Shown here piece after piece: positions 61,339 through 64,000 of a stretch of 64,000 nt of DNA. Below the pieces are notes generated by a model. It ran no database searches. It was not told the DNA's origin and worked only from the letters and a program-made list of their open reading frames with translations. Every line of letters begins with the position of its first letter. Position 1 is the stretch's first letter. Source of the stretch: a virus. Location of the stretch: IMG/VR virus record IMGVR_UViG_3300016476_000256, positions 1 through 64,000 of that record. The stretch is one strand, 5' to 3'. Both the position numbers and the translations under genes were made by a program.

Positions 61339-64000
61339 TTATCTTTTACAATTCATATAATAATCTAGAGCATCAAAGATATCTAAATCTGGGTTTTTAG
61401 TTGCTTCATTTGTAAACCAATTTTTAAATTCTGGTTTATTTAGTGTGTTGATTTTTTCTTGCTTTTCCTGTGAGGTTTCTAATTCTATTTCCTGACTTTC
61501 CATTTCTTCATTGTACATGAACTCATTTAAGTTTGTTCTATTTAAGAAACTATCAGTTAATACTTGTAACACCTGCTTATCAGACAATAGATTTAAGATA
61601 AAGTTAGTGAACTTTTTCCACCAATTGTAGGCATCTCCTTTTTGTTTTACAACTTGTTCTCCAATTGCCTGTACTAATGCCTCTTCACTACCAAATCTTT
61701 TAATACCTTCTTGAACAATAGGCGTATTTCTAAACCATGCAATATAGTGGTGAGCATACTCATGTGGTAATGTATCTTGTCTTTGATTTACAGCATCAAT
61801 TAATACTGTCATAGCTTTAATATTAGCTTGACCTATAATTTTATTAGCTTCATTTTTTTGTAATAATACATTTTGTAAATCTCTAGCTTGGTTAATTGTT
61901 ACCTCATTCCAAGTATTACCATACTCATCTGTAAATTTTGTAGGTGTATAGCCTTGTTTTTTAAGAACATTAGCCACTACATTTTCATAGAAGTTGTAAA
62001 TTGGTTTTAAAGCACCAAATCCTTCTGGTCCTTCTACTCTTTCAAGTTCTTGTTTAAGTTGGTTTATTTCTCTCTCTGTAGCTTCTCTTTGAAGTTCTCC
62101 TTTTTTACCTTTATCATATATCTCTTTAGTTATTTCTATAACTGATTCCCCTCCAAATTGACCGGCTTGTAAATCTTCCCAATAATATTTTCCATTTTCT
62201 TCAAAGTAATAGTTAGGAGATAATTCATAGTTATAGTCATCCATTCCTTCTTCAAGCTCTTTAATCCTATCTTCTTTTTGTTTTTTAAACTCCTCTAAAG
62301 TAGTATGACCTTCAACCTTACTAGCTGTATCACCAGAAGGAAACAACACTTTTTCATATCCTTTCTTAGCACTATCTTGTATAATAGATTTAATAAAGAA
62401 GTTTACCCAGTTATTGTCTTTGTTTAGAAGTTGTAGGAATTGATTGCCTTTTTGAGGATCTTCAGTTAATCCTAAAAATTTAGCTGCTTCTTTTCTAGTA
62501 GGAAATGTATCTAATATTCCAATTCTACCATTATGAGCTTCCCATTCTTTACCATTAAATTCAATCCACTCTTCATCTCCACTATAAGAATCTGTACCTA
62601 TTTCACTAATTAAATCCTCTCTATCTCTACCTTTCTGAAATAAATCAGATTGTACTTCTAGTATTCTACGGGTTTTAGTAGGTGTTCCTTTTTGTAAATA
62701 ATTTATATTACCATATTGATTATCATATATAGCATATACATCAGTATCTGTTAAATCATCTCTTTTATGAGTTATACCATCAGAGTCTATACTATACCAG
62801 ATATTATTTCTTTTTTCCCAAATACTCCCATAATTACCTTTAAAAGATAAAGGATATTCTTTAGATGTAATAAATTCATCATCACTTCTAAACCAACCTA
62901 TACCATTCTCTGTAGCAAACTGAGCATGCCCTTTAATATTAGGAACAATACCCGGTGTTGTTACTTCTTGTTCAGTATAGTTAGTACCACCTGGGACTTT
63001 TAGATTAGAATAGTATTGTGTATTTTCTCCTTCTGAACCTACAATAAAAGATTCTCTTTGTTCTAAACCTGAACTTCCCCAACTATCATCTTCAAATCTT
63101 GTACCTGTTATTTTCCATTGTTTATTATCAATAGTAATATAATCTCCAATTTTTTTATTAGGATATTTATCAACCCAAACATTACCAAAAGCATCTTCAA
63201 TTTTATCTTTAGAAGTATTAATCTCAATAGTATAGTTATAAGTAGAAGCAATAGCATATGCAAGTTGAGCATTAAAAGGTATGCCTTCAAAGTATGGCAT
63301 TGTTTCTATTACTTTTTCTATAAGTTCTTTTTGATTTTTAGGTATCTGAAGTTCTGTTAAGATTTTATCCAGTGTCCATTTATTTTTAATACCCTTAGCA
63401 AATACTTGATCAGCTTTTGGTGTAAGTAAAATATCAACTGTTTTAATCCTATAGTTTACTTGATTATTGTACTGCTCTTGATTAAGTACATTATTACCTT
63501 CTTCCCAAACTGGAGTATTGCTAATGTTTAATTTAATCTCAGGATATAGTTTTTCAAGTTTGTCTTGTATTTTTTTAGCAAGTTCTTTATCAAACTTCTG
63601 ATTTGGATTTATACTGCGTTGATTAAATAAATCTAATTGCTCACCTGGTTGTGGACCTTGTTTAGGTTGAGTAGTTCTAGATTTACTCCATGTTCCTATT
63701 TTTACACCATCTATTGTAATCTCAGAATAGTTATAACCTTTGGCTTCAAGATTTTGGAACAATCTTTTTTCTCCGGTGTTGTAAGTATTTTTAGAATCAA
63801 AAGTATAAGCTTTATTATCTACGAGAATAGTTGCTCCAGCTTCTATGGCTTTAATTGCTTCTCTGATTGTCTTATCCTGTTCTCTTTTAACAATAGCTAC
63901 ATCACCTCTTAGTCCAGGAACAGATACAAAGATTACATCAGTACCACTGTATTTACCAGTATTTGCCAAAATGCCAACTTGCTCTCTATATATTTGAGTA
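61339..64000 (-). CDS. second large protein with HExxH motif (5' end probably outside the window)
   Basis: The track gives 876 aa from a TTG at 63969, but the frame stays open to position 64000. HEYAH at 61750-61764. 5-nt gap to the 2065-aa ORF. Confidence 0.55.
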   Translation of the reverse strand, partial: TQIYREQVGILANTGKYSGTDVIFVSVPGLRGDVAIVKREQDKTIREAIKAIEAGATILVDNKAYTFDSKNTYNTGEKRLFQNLEAKGYNYSEITIDGVKIGTWSKSRTTQPKQGPQPGEQLDLFNQRSINPNQKFDKELAKKIQDKLEKLYPEIKLNISNTPVWEEGNNVLNQEQYNNQVNYRIKTVDILLTPKADQVFAKGIKNKWTLDKILTELQIPKNQKELIEKVIETMPYFEGIPFNAQLAYAIASTYNYTIEINTSKDKIEDAFGNVWVDKYPNKKIGDYITIDNKQWKITGTRFEDDSWGSSGLEQRESFIVGSEGENTQYYSNLKVPGGTNYTEQEVTTPGIVPNIKGHAQFATENGIGWFRSDDEFITSKEYPLSFKGNYGSIWEKRNNIWYSIDSDGITHKRDDLTDTDVYAIYDNQYGNINYLQKGTPTKTRRILEVQSDLFQKGRDREDLISEIGTDSYSGDEEWIEFNGKEWEAHNGRIGILDTFPTRKEAAKFLGLTEDPQKGNQFLQLLNKDNNWVNFFIKSIIQDSAKKGYEKVLFPSGDTASKVEGHTTLEEFKKQKEDRIKELEEGMDDYNYELSPNYYFEENGKYYWEDLQAGQFGGESVIEITKEIYDKGKKGELQREATEREINQLKQELERVEGPEGFGALKPIYNFYENVVANVLKKQGYTPTKFTDEYGNTWNEVTINQARDLQNVLLQKNEANKIIGQANIKAMTVLIDAVNQRQDTLPHEYAHHYIAWFRNTPIVQEGIKRFGSEEALVQAIGEQVVKQKGDAYNWWKKFTNFILNLLSDKQVLQVLTDSFLNRTNLNEFMYNEEMESQEIELETSQEKQEKINTLNKPEFKNWFTNEATKNPDLDIFDALDYYMNCKR

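Overview
This window reads as one contiguous piece of a tailed dsDNA phage genome. It is AT-rich, densely packed, lacks Shine-Dalgarno sequences, and shows at least one Bacteroidota-type TAnnTTTG box. The host is therefore probably a Flavobacteriia/Bacteroidota bacterium, but that is inference. No integrase or repressor is visible, so the phage is probably lytic. All family calls come from motif recognition by eye; no searches were run.

Layout:
- 1-20.6 kb, minus strand (late-type block): start of a capsid candidate, scaffold-like protein, portal, large terminase, PD-(D/E)XK nuclease, a lysis cassette (u-spanin candidate, holin, amidase), a multi-fibre cassette, a GroES-like protein, DUF3310, and a Bpt/ATE-like aminoacyl-tRNA-protein transferase.
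- 20.6-21.0 kb: divergent ORF-free control region with a GC-rich twin hairpin.
- 21.0-23.7 kb, plus strand: an array of nine micro-genes (49-95 aa). Each sits behind a copy of a conserved motif (GTACTGTGTnnTACTAnT plus a conserved leader), and most are followed by a GGGG..CCCC hairpin.
- 23.7-24.4 kb: a ~750-nt region without a credible ORF, locally GC-enriched and hairpin-rich.
- 24.4-55.1 kb, plus strand: tRNA-Arg(UCU) and a replication/recombination/nucleotide module. It includes an HNH protein, a ParB-like protein, an SF2 helicase, ClpS, a DnaA-domain-IV-like protein, an RlpA-like protein, a spore-photoproduct-lyase-family radical SAM enzyme, UDG, a DnaB-like helicase, a Sak4-like ATPase, primase, an HNH homing endonuclease, a VWA/metallopeptidase-like protein with a MoxR ATPase, a second PD-(D/E)XK nuclease, family B DNA polymerase and MazG. 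A small inverted island carries a metallophosphoesterase.
- 55.1-64.0 kb, minus strand: two giant ORFs (2065 aa and at least 876 aa, the second open at the window edge). Each has an HExxH motif; the first also has a LysM domain.

Most interesting candidates:
- A phage-borne N-degron pair (Bpt/ATE-like transferase plus ClpS).
- The early micro-gene array under a promoter motif that does not look like the host type.
- The cassette of fibre genes sharing one N-terminal anchor module.
- The ORF-free structured region.
- The giant HExxH/LysM proteins.
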